This document shows, in pieces, positions 17,833-28,002 of a stretch of DNA of 44,522 nucleotides. Position numbers and translations under genes: made by a program. The DNA lies in assembly GCA_047606835.1 (NCBI GenBank), contig JASGDZ010000310.1, positions 1 to 44,522 of the forward strand, given 5' to 3'. Position 1 is the first letter of the stretch. Each line of letters starts with the position of its first letter. This DNA comes from Microbacterium sp. (lineage in GTDB: Bacteria; Actinomycetota; Actinomycetes; Actinomycetales; Microbacteriaceae). The notes under the pieces were generated by a model. It was not told where the DNA came from and did not search any database. It saw only the letters and a program-made list of their open reading frames with translations.

Positions 17833-19920
17833 GTGGCCACCGCATTTCACCGTCGATCCGCATCCCCGGCCTGGCGCAGCGCGTCCGCCCTCCCCGTTCG
17901 CCCGGCGGTGAGCTGGCCGCACTCGCCGTCGACCGTGACGGGCCGCATCCCGATCACGACGCTCGGCCCGTCCGTGCCCGGCGGCCGGTTCCGCCCCAAG
18001 GCGTTCGCCGGCGAGGTCGTCCCGTTCCGCGCCACCGCGTTCCGCGAGGGCCACGACATCATCGCAGTCCATGTGCGGCTCTTCTCGCCGTCGGGCGACG
18101 AGTCGCTGCACCGCCTCGCGCCGCTGCACGACGGGTTCGACACGTGGCGCACCGACGTCGCCGTCCTGGAGGAGGGCGTCTGGCGCTTCCGATTCGAGGC
18201 GTTCGGCGACGACTTCGCGACGTGGGAGCACGCCGCGGACCTCAAGATCGCGGCCGGGGTCGACGCCGCTCTCATGCGCGAGATGGGGGCGCTCCTGTTC
18301 GACCGGGCGAACGGGGAGAAGTCCCGTCCGGCGCATGAGCGCCGCGCGCTCGCCGCGGCCGCCGCGATCCTGCGCGACGCCGACGCCGACGACGCCAGAG
18401 CGCTGGAGGTGGTGCGCGACCGGGCGATCGCGGAGGTCTTCGCGGCGCGCCCGCTCGCATCGCTGACCACGCTCGGCGACGAGCGCGAGCTCCTCGTGGA
18501 GCGCGAGCGGGCCGGAGCCGGAGCGTGGTACGAGTTCTTCCCCCGCTCCGAGGGCGCCCGCAGGCGCAAGGACGGCACGGTGGTCCCCGGCACTTTCCGC
18601 ACCGCGGCCAAGCGGCTGCCCGGCGTGGCCAGCATGGGGTTTGACGTCATCTACCTCGTGCCGATCCACCCGATCGGGCAGACGAACCGCAAGGGCCGCA
18701 ACAACACCCTCGAAGCCCAGCCGGGCGACCCCGGCTCGCCGTACGCGATCGGCGCCGCCGACGGCGGGCACGACGCGATCCACGCCGAGCTCGGCACCCT
18801 CCAGGACTTCCATGCGTTCATCCGCGCCGCCCGCACGCACGGGCTCGAAGTCGCGATCGACATCGCGCTGCAGGCCTCACCCGACCACCCGTGGGTGACG
18901 GAGCACCCGGAGTGGTTCACGACGCTCCCCGACGGCACGATCGCGTACGCAGAGAACCCGCCGAAGAAGTACCAGGACATCTACCCGCTCAACTTCGACA
19001 ACGACCCTGAGGGCAGCTATGCGGAGATGCTGCGGATCATCCGGCACTGGGTCGCCCAGGGCGTCAAGATCTTCCGCGTGGACAACCCGCACACGAAGCC
19101 CCTCCAGTTCTGGGAGTGGCTGATCCAGACCGTGAACGCCGACGACCCCGACGTGATCTTCCTCGCCGAGGCGTTCACGCGGCCGCGCGTCATGCAGGCG
19201 CTCGCCCAGGTCGGCTTCCAGCAGAGCTACTCGTACTTCACGTGGCGCAACACGAAGGCCGAGCTCGAGGAGTTCTTCACGTCGGTCTCGCAGGAGACGG
19301 CCGACTACATGCGGCCGAACGTGTTCGTCAACACGCACGACATCCTCACCGAGTACCTGCAGTTCGGCGGTCGGCCGGCGTACAAGATCCGCGCCGCGAT
19401 CGCGGCGACCGCGGCGCCGACCTACGGCGTGTACGCGGGGTACGAGCTCTACGAGAACGTGGCCCGTCCCGGATCCGAGGAGAACATCGACAACGAGAAG
19501 TACGAGATCAAGTTCCGCGACTGGGAGGGCGCCGAGGCGTCCGGCGACTCGCTCGCCCCGTATCTGCGCCGCCTGAACGAGATCCGCCGCGCCCACCCGG
19601 CGCTGGGACAGCTGCGCAACTTCAGCGCGCACTGGAGCGACGACGACGCCATCCTGGTCTACTCCAAGCACCTCGACGCGGCGTTCTCCCCCACCGGGGC
19701 CGCCGACACCATCCTCGTCGTCGCCAACGTCGACCCGCACTCGGTGCGCCAGACGACGGTGCACCTCGACACCCGCATCTGGGGCGTCGCGCCGGGCGAC
19801 CCGTTCGAGGTCGAGGACCTCATCACCGGCCAGGTGTGGACGTGGACGGACCACAACTTCGTCCGCCTGGACTCCTTCTTCGAACCCGTCCACATCCTGC
19901 ACGTGAAGGAATACAGATGA
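17833..19920 (+). CDS. glgE: Alpha-1,4-glucan:maltose-1-phosphate maltosyltransferase GlgE
   Basis: [61 protein letters not shown]. Confidence 0.96.
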   Translation: MATAFHRRSASPAWRSASALPVRPAVSWPHSPSTVTGRIPITTLGPSVPGGRFRPKAFAGEVVPFRATAFREGHDIIAVHVRLFSPSGDESLHRLAPLHDGFDTWRTDVAVLEEGVWRFRFEAFGDDFATWEHAADLKIAAGVDAALMREMGALLFDRANGEKSRPAHERRALAAAAAILRDADADDARALEVVRDRAIAEVFAARPLASLTTLGDERELLVERERAGAGAWYEFFPRSEGARRRKDGTVVPGTFRTAAKRLPGVASMGFDVIYLVPIHPIGQTNRKGRNNTLEAQPGDPGSPYAIGAADGGHDAIHAELGTLQDFHAFIRAARTHGLEVAIDIALQASPDHPWVTEHPEWFTTLPDGTIAYAENPPKKYQDIYPLNFDNDPEGSYAEMLRIIRHWVAQGVKIFRVDNPHTKPLQFWEWLIQTVNADDPDVIFLAEAFTRPRVMQALAQVGFQQSYSYFTWRNTKAELEEFFTSVSQETADYMRPNVFVNTHDILTEYLQFGGRPAYKIRAAIAATAAPTYGVYAGYELYENVARPGSEENIDNEKYEIKFRDWEGAEASGDSLAPYLRRLNEIRRAHPALGQLRNFSAHWSDDDAILVYSKHLDAAFSPTGAADTILVVANVDPHSVRQTTVHLDTRIWGVAPGDPFEVEDLITGQVWTWTDHNFVRLDSFFEPVHILHVKEYR

Positions 19921-22055
19921 GCACGATCGACGACGACACGCTCAACAAGGTCTCCAGCGGCTCCTACCACGCCCCGCACGACGTGCTGGGGCAGCATCCG
20001 GCGCCCGGCGGCGGGTGGGTCGTGCGCGCACGAAGGCCGCTCGCGGCATCCGTCACCGCGGTGTTCGCCGACGGCGCACGCGTCTCGTTGGCGCACGTGC
20101 GCTACGGGGTGTGGGAGGGATCGCACACCGGCTCGCCCGGCGCGTACGTGCTGGAGACGACGTACGACGCGGCGCCCGACTTCGTCACGGACGACCCGTA
20201 CCGCCACCTCCCCACGCTCGGCGAGCTCGACCTGCACCTCATCGGCGAGGGGCGCCACGAGGAGCTGTGGCGCGTGCTCGGCGCGCACGTGCGCGACGAC
20301 GACGGCACCCGCGGCACCGCGTTCACCGTGTGGGCGCCGAATGCGCAGGCCGTGCGCGTCGTGGGCGACTTCAACGGGTGGGACGGCCAGGGACACGCCA
20401 TGCGGTCGCTCGGCGCGACGGGGATCTGGGAGCTCTTCGTCCCCGGCATCGGTGCGGGCACGGTGTACAAGTTCGAGCTCCTCACCCGCGGTGGTGCGTG
20501 GATCCTGAAGGCCGACCCGATGGCGCGGCAGGCCGAGGTGCCGCCGGCGACGGGCTCGGTGGTGACGCAGTCGCGGTACGCGTGGGGCGACGACGAATGG
20601 ATGGCGCAGCGCGCCCGCGAGACGCCCGTCTCCCGCCCGATGTCCACCTACGAGGTGCACTTCGGGTCGTGGCGGCCCGGGCTGTCGTACCGGGACGCGG
20701 TCGACCAGCTGATCGGCTACGCGAAGGGCCAGGGGTTCACGCACATCGAGTTCCTGCCGCTGGCCGAGCACCCCTTCGGGGGCTCGTGGGGCTATCAGGT
20801 CACCGGGTACTACGCCCCGACGAGCCGGTTCGGACACCCCGACGACCTTCGCTACCTCATCGACCGCGTCCACCGGGCGGGCCTCGGCGTCATCATGGAC
20901 TGGGTGCCTGGCCACTTCCCGAAGGACGCCTTCGCGCTCGCGCGCTTCGACGGCGAGGCGCTCTACGAGCACCCCGACCCGCGCCGCGGAGAGCACAAGG
21001 ACTGGGGCACGTACATCTTCGACTACGGCCGCACCGAGGTGCGCAACTTCCTCGTGGCCAACGCGCTGTACTGGCTGGAGGAGTTCCACGTCGACGGGCT
21101 GCGGGTGGATGCCGTGGCATCCATGCTCTACCTCGACTACTCGCGCCACGCCGGCGAGTGGGAGCCGAACATCCACGGCGGTCGCGAGAACCTCGAGGCG
21201 ATCAGGTTCCTGCAGGAGGTCAACGCCACCGCCTACAAGCGCTATCCGGGCATCGCGATGATCGCCGAGGAGTCCACGAGCTACCCGGGCGTCACCGCGC
21301 CGACCGACCGGGGCGGGCTCGGCTTCGGGTTCAAGTGGAACATGGGGTGGATGAACGACTCCCTGGAGTACATCAAGCGCGACCCGATGTACCGCTCGTA
21401 CCACGAGGGCGAGCTCTCCTTCTCGTTCGTCTACGCGTTCAGCGAGAACTTCGTCCTGCCGATCAGCCACGACGAGGTCGTGCACGGAAAGGGCAGCCTG
21501 TTCGCCCGCATGCCCGGAGACCACTGGCAGAAGCTCGCCAACCTGCGCGCGTTCCTCGCGTACATGTGGGGGCATCCGGGCAAGAAGCTGCTGTTCATGG
21601 GCCAGGAGTTCGGTCAGCTGTCGGAGTGGTCGGAGGGCCGGAGCCTGGACTGGTGGCTGCTCGACCAGCCCTCGCATCAGGAGCTGCTCGCGTTCGTGCG
21701 GGAGATGAACGGCGTCTACCGCGACAACGCGGCGCTGTGGGCGCGCGACAGCGACGGTGACGCGTTCTCACGCCTGGGCGCTCCCGCGTGGAACCCGAAC
21801 GTCATCGCATTCGCACGGCGCGACCACCACGGCAACACCGTCGCCGTGGTGTGCAACTTCTCCGGCGTGCCGATCGACTATGAGCTCGACCTGCCGGAAG
21901 CCGGTCAATGGCGGGAGGTCCTCAACTCCGACGCGCAGGCGTACGGCGGCTCGGGGGTCGGCAACCTCGGAACGGTGCACACGGATCAGGCAGGTCGCGC
22001 GCACATGGTGCTGCCGCCGCTCGGCGTGCTCTGGCTGCACCACAGCGTGAGCTGA
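19917..22055 (+). CDS. glgB: 1,4-alpha-glucan branching enzyme GlgB
   Basis: Start MSTIDD at 19917 (ATGA overlap with glgE); [57 protein letters not shown]. Confidence 0.97.
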   Translation: MSTIDDDTLNKVSSGSYHAPHDVLGQHPAPGGGWVVRARRPLAASVTAVFADGARVSLAHVRYGVWEGSHTGSPGAYVLETTYDAAPDFVTDDPYRHLPTLGELDLHLIGEGRHEELWRVLGAHVRDDDGTRGTAFTVWAPNAQAVRVVGDFNGWDGQGHAMRSLGATGIWELFVPGIGAGTVYKFELLTRGGAWILKADPMARQAEVPPATGSVVTQSRYAWGDDEWMAQRARETPVSRPMSTYEVHFGSWRPGLSYRDAVDQLIGYAKGQGFTHIEFLPLAEHPFGGSWGYQVTGYYAPTSRFGHPDDLRYLIDRVHRAGLGVIMDWVPGHFPKDAFALARFDGEALYEHPDPRRGEHKDWGTYIFDYGRTEVRNFLVANALYWLEEFHVDGLRVDAVASMLYLDYSRHAGEWEPNIHGGRENLEAIRFLQEVNATAYKRYPGIAMIAEESTSYPGVTAPTDRGGLGFGFKWNMGWMNDSLEYIKRDPMYRSYHEGELSFSFVYAFSENFVLPISHDEVVHGKGSLFARMPGDHWQKLANLRAFLAYMWGHPGKKLLFMGQEFGQLSEWSEGRSLDWWLLDQPSHQELLAFVREMNGVYRDNAALWARDSDGDAFSRLGAPAWNPNVIAFARRDHHGNTVAVVCNFSGVPIDYELDLPEAGQWREVLNSDAQAYGGSGVGNLGTVHTDQAGRAHMVLPPLGVLWLHHSVS

Positions 22056-22083
22056 CGCGGCATCGCTCCCCGCGCCGTCGCCG

Positions 22084-22130
22084 CGTTTCGTCTCGCGGCT
22101 CCCGCCGCTCGCTCAACGACCGGCGGGAGC
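22084..22130. repeat. REP-like palindromic element / bidirectional terminator candidate between convergent glgB and ybbN
   Basis: 10-bp inverted repeat GCTCCCGCCG (22098-22107) / CGGCGGGAGC (22121-22130), within CGTTTCGTCTC...CTCGCTCAACGACCGG. Confidence 0.55.
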
Positions 22131-22131
22131 G

Positions 22132-23070
22132 TCAGAACAGCAGGGACGCGAGACGCCCGCGAGCCCGCAGCACGCGCGCGTCGGCGTCGCCGACGAGACC
22201 GAACAGCTCGAGGAGGCGTTCGCGCACCGGTGCGCGCTCGGCGGACGGCAGCGCGGCGAACAGGTCGAGCAGCCGGTCGAGCGCGTCGTCGACGTGGCCG
22301 CCGGCGACGTCGAGGTCGGCGACGAGGAACTGCGCGGCGATGTCGAGGGGGCCCGCAGCGGCGGCGGCGCGCGCCGCGTGCAGGTCCGCGCCCTGCACGC
22401 GCTCGAGCAGCCGCACCTGACCGAGCCCGGCCCGCGCGTCCTCGTCGCGCGGGTTCTCCGCGAGCGCGCGCTCGTAGGCGGAGATCGCCTTCGCGTAGTC
22501 CCCCGCCTCGATCGCGTCGAATGCCTCCGCGTGCAGCGGATCGAGTTCCGGCTCGCCCTCGTGTGCGACGGGCTGCTCGTCCGTCGGCGCGGCGACCGTG
22601 CCCGTCACGCCGTGCTGCGCGGCCAGCTGCAGGAGCTGCGCGAACACCTCCCGCACCTGCGGCTCGGGCACGGCCCCCGTGAACAGGGGCACCGGCTGGC
22701 CGCCCACGAGCGCGACGACCATCGGGATCGACTGCGCCCGGAACGCCTGCGACAGCTGCGGGTTCGCGTCGACGTCGACCTTCGCGAGCACGACGCGGCC
22801 GGCGAGGTCTGCGACGACCTTCTCCAGGATCGGGCTCAGCTGCGTGCACGGTCCGCACCACTCGGCCCACAGGTCGACGACGACGGGCACGGTGCGCGAC
22901 AGCTCGAGCACCTGCGGGAAGGTCGCGTCCGTGACATCCAGGACGAGGGACGGCACGGATGCGGCGGCCGACTCTGGAGCGGCGCCCGGCGCAACGGGGT
23001 CGGGCCGGTTGCGCAGCGCCGAGAGGTCGACGGCGCCGCGCAGCACGGCGCCGGGGTGTGGATCGCTCAC
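22132..23070 (-). CDS. ybbN: Thioredoxin-TPR co-chaperone (YbbN/CnoX family)
   Basis: GAVDLS N-terminus, VVVDLWAEWCGPC, KVDVDANP, C-terminal TPR helices ending LASLLF. Confidence 0.9.
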   Translation of the reverse strand: MSDPHPGAVLRGAVDLSALRNRPDPVAPGAAPESAAASVPSLVLDVTDATFPQVLELSRTVPVVVDLWAEWCGPCTQLSPILEKVVADLAGRVVLAKVDVDANPQLSQAFRAQSIPMVVALVGGQPVPLFTGAVPEPQVREVFAQLLQLAAQHGVTGTVAAPTDEQPVAHEGEPELDPLHAEAFDAIEAGDYAKAISAYERALAENPRDEDARAGLGQVRLLERVQGADLHAARAAAAAGPLDIAAQFLVADLDVAGGHVDDALDRLLDLFAALPSAERAPVRERLLELFGLVGDADARVLRARGRLASLLF

Positions 23071-23072
23071 GT

Positions 23073-24947
23073 CTAGCTCTCCGATTTCTTGATCACGGAT
23101 GCCGAGAGGAGGTTGGAGCCGTATCCGAGCAGGCGGATCTTCTCCGTCGAGCCCTGCCCCGGCACGTAGAAGAACAGCTGGTCGCTGAACGTCGTCGTGA
23201 AGCCCGTGGCCGACTGGGTCACACCGGTCAGCGCCTTCACCGTCGGGTTGTCGGTGAGCTTGATCACAGCGTCCGCGTTGGTCGGCTTCACGGTGTCGGT
23301 CTCGTACAGGTTGACGGCGACGATCGCCCCGCTCTCCAACGTCGCGAGGGCGAGCGGCTCCTCCGGACCTGCTGTCGAGGCGAAGGTCAGGCTCGCGGTC
23401 TTCTTCCCCGTCTTGTTGAACGCGTCGAGGCGCTTCTGCCGATCCGCCGCGACGCCGGACTGGAAGCTGTCGTTGGTGAGGTCGAACAGCCCCGCGTACT
23501 GGCTCTCGTCGCCCTTGTTGAGCACGTTCGCATACGCCTTGGCGAGCTTACCCGGCTCCAGCACGAGGAACGGGGAGTCGGGCTGCACGGCGATCGCGCC
23601 GACCCACGCCGGTGCGAGGTCGGGCAGCTCGGCCGACGCCTCCAGGTTCGCGAGGTAGCTCACCTTGTACGCCGACCACGGATCCTGCTGGGTCATCATC
23701 GTGATCGTGGGGGCCACCGTGGCATCGTCCTTGTCGTACACGATCGACATCACCGTGCGCGGCCAGCCGTCGTACTGCTGCGGCAGGAGCACCGCGAGCG
23801 GCTTGGTCGGGATCGCCGGCAGCGCCTCCTGATCCTCGACCTTCTTCGTCAGCGTGTAGTTCGTCTTGCGCTCTGCGAGGGTCGCGCCGGTCAGGCGCGT
23901 TCCCGCGACGGTGGCGTCGCGCGCCTCGTCCGCCTCGGCCACGGTCTGCGAGATCTCCGCGAGGATGCGCTCGGCCTGCGCCTGCGTCACGGCGGGCTCC
24001 TGCTGCCCCTCCGGGACGATCACCGTCTCGCTCGGGGTGGGAGTCGGCGAGGTGCCCGCCCCCAGCTGCGGCCACGCCTCGGCGGAGCAGCCCGCGAACA
24101 GCAGCACCGACACCGCCATCGCCGGCAGGACGACGAATCCACGGCGCGAGGCGCCCACGGATCGTCGCGTCGGGGCGGCGCCGACCGTCTGCGGGGTGCC
24201 GGCGCTGATGACGCCCTTGCCGGACTCCTCGTCGGCGAGATCCGCGGGCGGCGTCTCCGGCAGCGCGGGAAGGCCGCGCCGTCGGGGGCCGCGCGAGCGG
24301 CGCACGTGACGGATGCCGAGCAGCCACAGCACGACGCCGAGAGCGAGGAACATTCCGCCGAGCACGATGAGGGGCCCGGCCCACGGAGTCGCGTTGTCGA
24401 TCGGCCAGGAGACCGTGATGTCGGACGGCGCGGCCGCGGTGCCGTCCGAGGCGACCAGCACGCTCATGTCCTCGGGGAGGCTGAGCGGCGCCACGAGCGC
24501 CCCGTCCTCCTGGAACTCGTCGAGCCAGAGGTCCGACCCTGCGGGGTCGCGGCACGGCGTGCAGTCTTGCGCGTCGGGCGAGGCCGAGGGCTCGGGGGAT
24601 GCGGAGGCGTCGTCGTCGGGCTCGCTGGTCGGAGCGACCTGATCCGTGGCGATGCGACCGCCCACGACCGTGACGTGGTTGTACTCGGCGTCGGACAGCC
24701 ACGCGGTCATGTCGGAGGTGCGGCCGTAGGCGGCGAACACGGTGCCCTCGCCACGCACGACGAGCGTCTGGGTCCCCGGCATCCGCGACAGCACGGACCC
24801 GTCGATGAGCGTGTAGGCCAGCTCCTCGGAGACGGCGATCGTGGCCGTCTCGGTCTTCGGGCCCATGAGCACCGTTCGCTGGGCGATGCCTCCGGCGATG
24901 CACACGGCCGCCAGGAAGAAGGCCACCACGGCCCACACGAAACGCAC
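23073..24947 (-). CDS. Membrane protein with three predicted hydrophobic segments and two large probably extracytoplasmic domains
   Basis: GTG start at 24947 with GGAG RBS; hydrophobic segments VRFVWAVVAFFLAAVCIAGG, WAGPLIVLGGMFLALGVVLWLLGI, FVVLPAMAVSVLLFAGC; function not recognised. Confidence 0.8.
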   Translation of the reverse strand: MRFVWAVVAFFLAAVCIAGGIAQRTVLMGPKTETATIAVSEELAYTLIDGSVLSRMPGTQTLVVRGEGTVFAAYGRTSDMTAWLSDAEYNHVTVVGGRIATDQVAPTSEPDDDASASPEPSASPDAQDCTPCRDPAGSDLWLDEFQEDGALVAPLSLPEDMSVLVASDGTAAAPSDITVSWPIDNATPWAGPLIVLGGMFLALGVVLWLLGIRHVRRSRGPRRRGLPALPETPPADLADEESGKGVISAGTPQTVGAAPTRRSVGASRRGFVVLPAMAVSVLLFAGCSAEAWPQLGAGTSPTPTPSETVIVPEGQQEPAVTQAQAERILAEISQTVAEADEARDATVAGTRLTGATLAERKTNYTLTKKVEDQEALPAIPTKPLAVLLPQQYDGWPRTVMSIVYDKDDATVAPTITMMTQQDPWSAYKVSYLANLEASAELPDLAPAWVGAIAVQPDSPFLVLEPGKLAKAYANVLNKGDESQYAGLFDLTNDSFQSGVAADRQKRLDAFNKTGKKTASLTFASTAGPEEPLALATLESGAIVAVNLYETDTVKPTNADAVIKLTDNPTVKALTGVTQSATGFTTTFSDQLFFYVPGQGSTEKIRLLGYGSNLLSASVIKKSES

Positions 24948-25123
24948 GCGAAGTCTCCATCCACGACCCGCGCCCTGGTGCCCGGGTCTGCACACTCGAC
25001 ATTTCAGCCTAGCGACGACACCTGAAAGACTCCATGGAGGCGGCGGCGCTGCCACGGGACGCCCGCGGGTCGCTATCCTGTCCTGACCGACGGATGCCTC
25101 GTCCCGAGTGCGATCGGAGTGCC

Positions 25124-26197
25124 ATGAAGTTCACGAACCCGTTCCGGACGGCGCTGGTCGCGACGCTGGGGGTGGGCCTCGGGCTCGTCATCATGGGCGG
25201 CATCCAGACGCTCTCCACGATCCTGCTCTACATCGGCACGGCGCTGTTCCTCTCCCTCGGCCTGGAGCCCGTCATCGCGTGGCTCGAGCGGCGCGGGCTC
25301 AAGCGCAGGCTCGCGGTCCTGATCACGATCCTCGGGCTGCTCGCCATCTTCGCCGGCGTGATCCTCATGGTCGTGCCGATCATCGTCGCCCAGATCAACC
25401 AGCTCGTCGCGGCGATCCAGGAGATGGTCGACTCCGGCGAATGGAGCGACCCGGTGGGGACCATCAAGGAGTGGCTGCACACCACCTTCCCCGCGCTCAA
25501 CGTCGACGTGGTCTTCACGTACGTCAACGAGTGGTGGAACTCGCTCGACGTCGGCGACATCGGCCAGCAGGTCACCAACAGCATCATCGAGGCCACCGCG
25601 GCGGTGATCGCGGGTCTCGCGGGCGCGTTCATCGTGCTGATCCTCACGATCTACTTCACGGCATCCACCCCGTCGCTGAAGAAGGCCGTGTACCAGCTCG
25701 TCCCGGCCTCCAAGCGCGACCGGTTCATCGACCTCGCCGAGCAGATCACCGACTCGGTGGGCTTCTTCGTCATCGGCCAGTTGAGCCTCGGCCTCATCAA
25801 CGGCATCCTCAGCGCCGTCTTCCTCGCGATCATCCAGGCGCCCTTCCCCGCCGTGCTCGCCGTCATCGCGTTCTTCTTCTCGATCATCCCGCTCGTGGGC
25901 ACGCTGACCGGCTCGACGATCATCGTGCTGACGTGCCTCGTCCCCGGGCTCGGCTCCCCCACCACGGCGCTCATCGCCGCGATCTACTACCTCATCTACA
26001 TGCAGATCGAGGCATACGTCGTCTCGCCGCGCATCATGGGCCGCGCCGTGTCGGTGCCGGGCGCCGTCGTGGTGATCGCCGCCCTCGCGGGCGGCTCGCT
26101 GCTGGGTCTGCTCGGCGCGCTCGTCGCGATCCCGGTGGCCGCCAGCATCCTGATCATCTACCGGCAGGTGGTGATCCCGCGGCAGAACCAGCTGTAG
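25124..26197 (+). CDS. AI-2E family (PerM-like) transporter
   Basis: Start MKFTNPF at 25124 with GGAG; highly hydrophobic; IPLVG, QIEAYVVSPRIMGRAV, GLLGALVAIP. Confidence 0.92.
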   Translation: MKFTNPFRTALVATLGVGLGLVIMGGIQTLSTILLYIGTALFLSLGLEPVIAWLERRGLKRRLAVLITILGLLAIFAGVILMVVPIIVAQINQLVAAIQEMVDSGEWSDPVGTIKEWLHTTFPALNVDVVFTYVNEWWNSLDVGDIGQQVTNSIIEATAAVIAGLAGAFIVLILTIYFTASTPSLKKAVYQLVPASKRDRFIDLAEQITDSVGFFVIGQLSLGLINGILSAVFLAIIQAPFPAVLAVIAFFFSIIPLVGTLTGSTIIVLTCLVPGLGSPTTALIAAIYYLIYMQIEAYVVSPRIMGRAVSVPGAVVVIAALAGGSLLGLLGALVAIPVAASILIIYRQVVIPRQNQL

Positions 26198-26200
26198 GGG

Positions 26201-26920
26201 TCAGCCGGCGGGACCGTCCCACGTCGTCGACAGCGGCAGCGCAGCCGGATTCACCGCCGCGACGATCTCGGTGAGCACGCGCCGGGTCTGGTTCTCCCCC
26301 ACCCACAGGTGTCTCCCGCCCTCGACGGCAACGAGCGTCGCGTGCGGGATCGCCGCGAAGCGCTGCGCCGCCTCCGCCGGCCGCAGGTAGTCGTCGAGCT
26401 CGGGCACCAGCACGACGACGCGACGGCCGTCCTGCGCCCATGCGGCGACCTCCTCCGGCGTCGTGCGGTGCAGCGGAGGGGACAGCAGGACGACGCCCTC
26501 GACATCGTGGTCGCGCCCGTACTTCAGCGCGAGCTCGGTGCCGAAGGACCAGCCGACGAGCCAGGGGTGCGGCAGAGCGCGCTCGTGCACGAGGTCCATC
26601 GCCGCCGCGACGTCGAACGCCTCCGCGCGCCCGCCGTCGAACGCTCCCTCGCTGGTCCCCCGCGGCGAGGTCGTGCCCCGCGTGTTGAACCGCAGCACGG
26701 CGATGTCTGCGAGCGCGGGCAGGCGTGCGGCGGCCTTGCGGAGGATGTGCGAGTCCATGAAGCCGCCCGCGGTGGGAAGCGGATGCAGCGTGACGAGCGT
26801 CGCGACCGGCTCCCGGTGAAGCGGAAGCGCCAGCTCGCCGACGAGGGTCAGCCCGTCGAGCGTCTGCAGCTCGATCTCCTCACGCCGCCCGGGCAGCAGC
26901 AGGGGTCCGCGGATCTCCAT
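26201..26920 (-). CDS. Alpha/beta hydrolase
   Basis: Start MEIRGP at 26920; HPLPTAGGFMDSH, LRFNTRG, nucleophile elbow GWSFG, PELDDYL, GGRHLW. Confidence 0.9.
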   Translation of the reverse strand: MEIRGPLLLPGRREEIELQTLDGLTLVGELALPLHREPVATLVTLHPLPTAGGFMDSHILRKAAARLPALADIAVLRFNTRGTTSPRGTSEGAFDGGRAEAFDVAAAMDLVHERALPHPWLVGWSFGTELALKYGRDHDVEGVVLLSPPLHRTTPEEVAAWAQDGRRVVVLVPELDDYLRPAEAAQRFAAIPHATLVAVEGGRHLWVGENQTRRVLTEIVAAVNPAALPLSTTWDGPAG

Positions 26921-26922
26921 GA

Positions 26923-27204
26923 CTAGGCGACCCTCCAGCAGCCGGTGTGCCAGTGACGGCGCGCGGCGAGGTCGGCCGCGTCGCCCAGCACGCCGTCGGC
27001 ACGCCAGACGACGACGTGCGCGACTCCGGGATCGACCGCGCGACGGCAGCCCGGGCACGTGTACGGCTTCAGCGCCTGCGCCGCAGAGACCGGCTGCACG
27101 CTCCACTGCGCGCCGCGACGCAGCTCGACGCGCTTGAACCCGGCGAGGAGACGCTCGAAGGAGTCGCCGGCCGGTTCGGGGCGGCGACGGTTCGACCGCG
27201 GCAT
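26923..27204 (-). CDS. Small conserved actinobacterial protein with CxxC...HxxC motif
   Basis: 93 aa MPRSNRRR...KPYTCPGC...HVVVW...RRHWHTGCW; fills the gap between co-oriented genes. Confidence 0.8.
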   Translation of the reverse strand: MPRSNRRRPEPAGDSFERLLAGFKRVELRRGAQWSVQPVSAAQALKPYTCPGCRRAVDPGVAHVVVWRADGVLGDAADLAARRHWHTGCWRVA

Positions 27205-27208
27205 CGGA

Positions 27209-27931
27209 TCAGTACCAGCCGCTGCTCTGCGAGTGCGCCCACGCGCCGCACGGGCTTCCGTAGCGTCCCTTGATGTACCCGAGGCCCCACTTGATCTGCG
27301 TGGCCGCGTTGGTCTGCCAGTCGGAGCCCGCCGAGGCCATCTTGCTGCCCGGGAGCGCCTGCGGGATGCCGTACGCACCGCTGGAGCTGTTGTAGGCGTT
27401 GACGCGCCAGCCCGACTCCCTGTTCCACAGTGCGACGAGGCACGCGTACTGATCGTCGTCCCAGCCGCGAGCCTTGACCATCTCATAGGCCGTCGCCTTG
27501 GCGCTGCCCGGGTCCGGCGCGACGAACGGAGGGGTCCAGCTCGAGCTCGTGCTCGTCGTGGCGACCGGCGTCGGCGTCGGCGTCACGTACACGCTGTAGC
27601 TGTCGCGATCCAGCACGATCTTCGCCGACTCGTCCGCGGGGTCGAGGGTCTGCGCGTCGTCGACCGCGGTCGCGTAGAGCGAGGAGGACGCCACGGTCGC
27701 GTCCGCGTCGGCGACGGCCGCGCCGAGGGGCGCGATGTAGGAGGCGACGAAGCCGACCGCGGCGAACGCCGCGAACACCCCGACCACGCCCCTGCGGCGG
27801 GACCAGCGGGCCGCGCCCGGCGACGACGCGCGTCGACCGCCGGCGGTGCTCTGCACAGCGTCTCCGGCGCTCGCCGAGACACGGGCCGTCCTCCGGGAGG
27901 CGGCAGGGATCGTGTCATTGCCCGGGGTCAC
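27209..27931 (-). CDS. Secreted lytic transglycosylase-like (lysozyme-fold / Apf-like C-terminal domain) protein
   Basis: N-terminal hydrophobic segment, Pro/Thr/Ser linker, CLVALWNRESGW, GAYGIPQALP, QIKWGLGYIKGRYGSPCGAW. Confidence 0.87.
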   Translation of the reverse strand: MTPGNDTIPAASRRTARVSASAGDAVQSTAGGRRASSPGAARWSRRRGVVGVFAAFAAVGFVASYIAPLGAAVADADATVASSSLYATAVDDAQTLDPADESAKIVLDRDSYSVYVTPTPTPVATTSTSSSWTPPFVAPDPGSAKATAYEMVKARGWDDDQYACLVALWNRESGWRVNAYNSSSGAYGIPQALPGSKMASAGSDWQTNAATQIKWGLGYIKGRYGSPCGAWAHSQSSGWY

Positions 27932-28002
27932 AATGACGAGAGTCTACCGGCCCCTTCCTGGGCATGCCATCCGAGGCCGGGTGAGAACCGTCTCATCCGA
28001 CG

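Noticed and set aside
14057-17863. 1239-aa plus-strand and 1138-aa minus-strand ORFs as giant fusion proteins
   Set aside because: They are glgX and the cysteine desulfurase extended upstream through each other's antisense strand, a stop-poor high-GC artefact. Real starts are 15695 and 15625.
19116-19916. N-terminal extension of GlgB
   Set aside because: Off-frame reading of glgE; the ATGA overlap at 19917 is the natural start.
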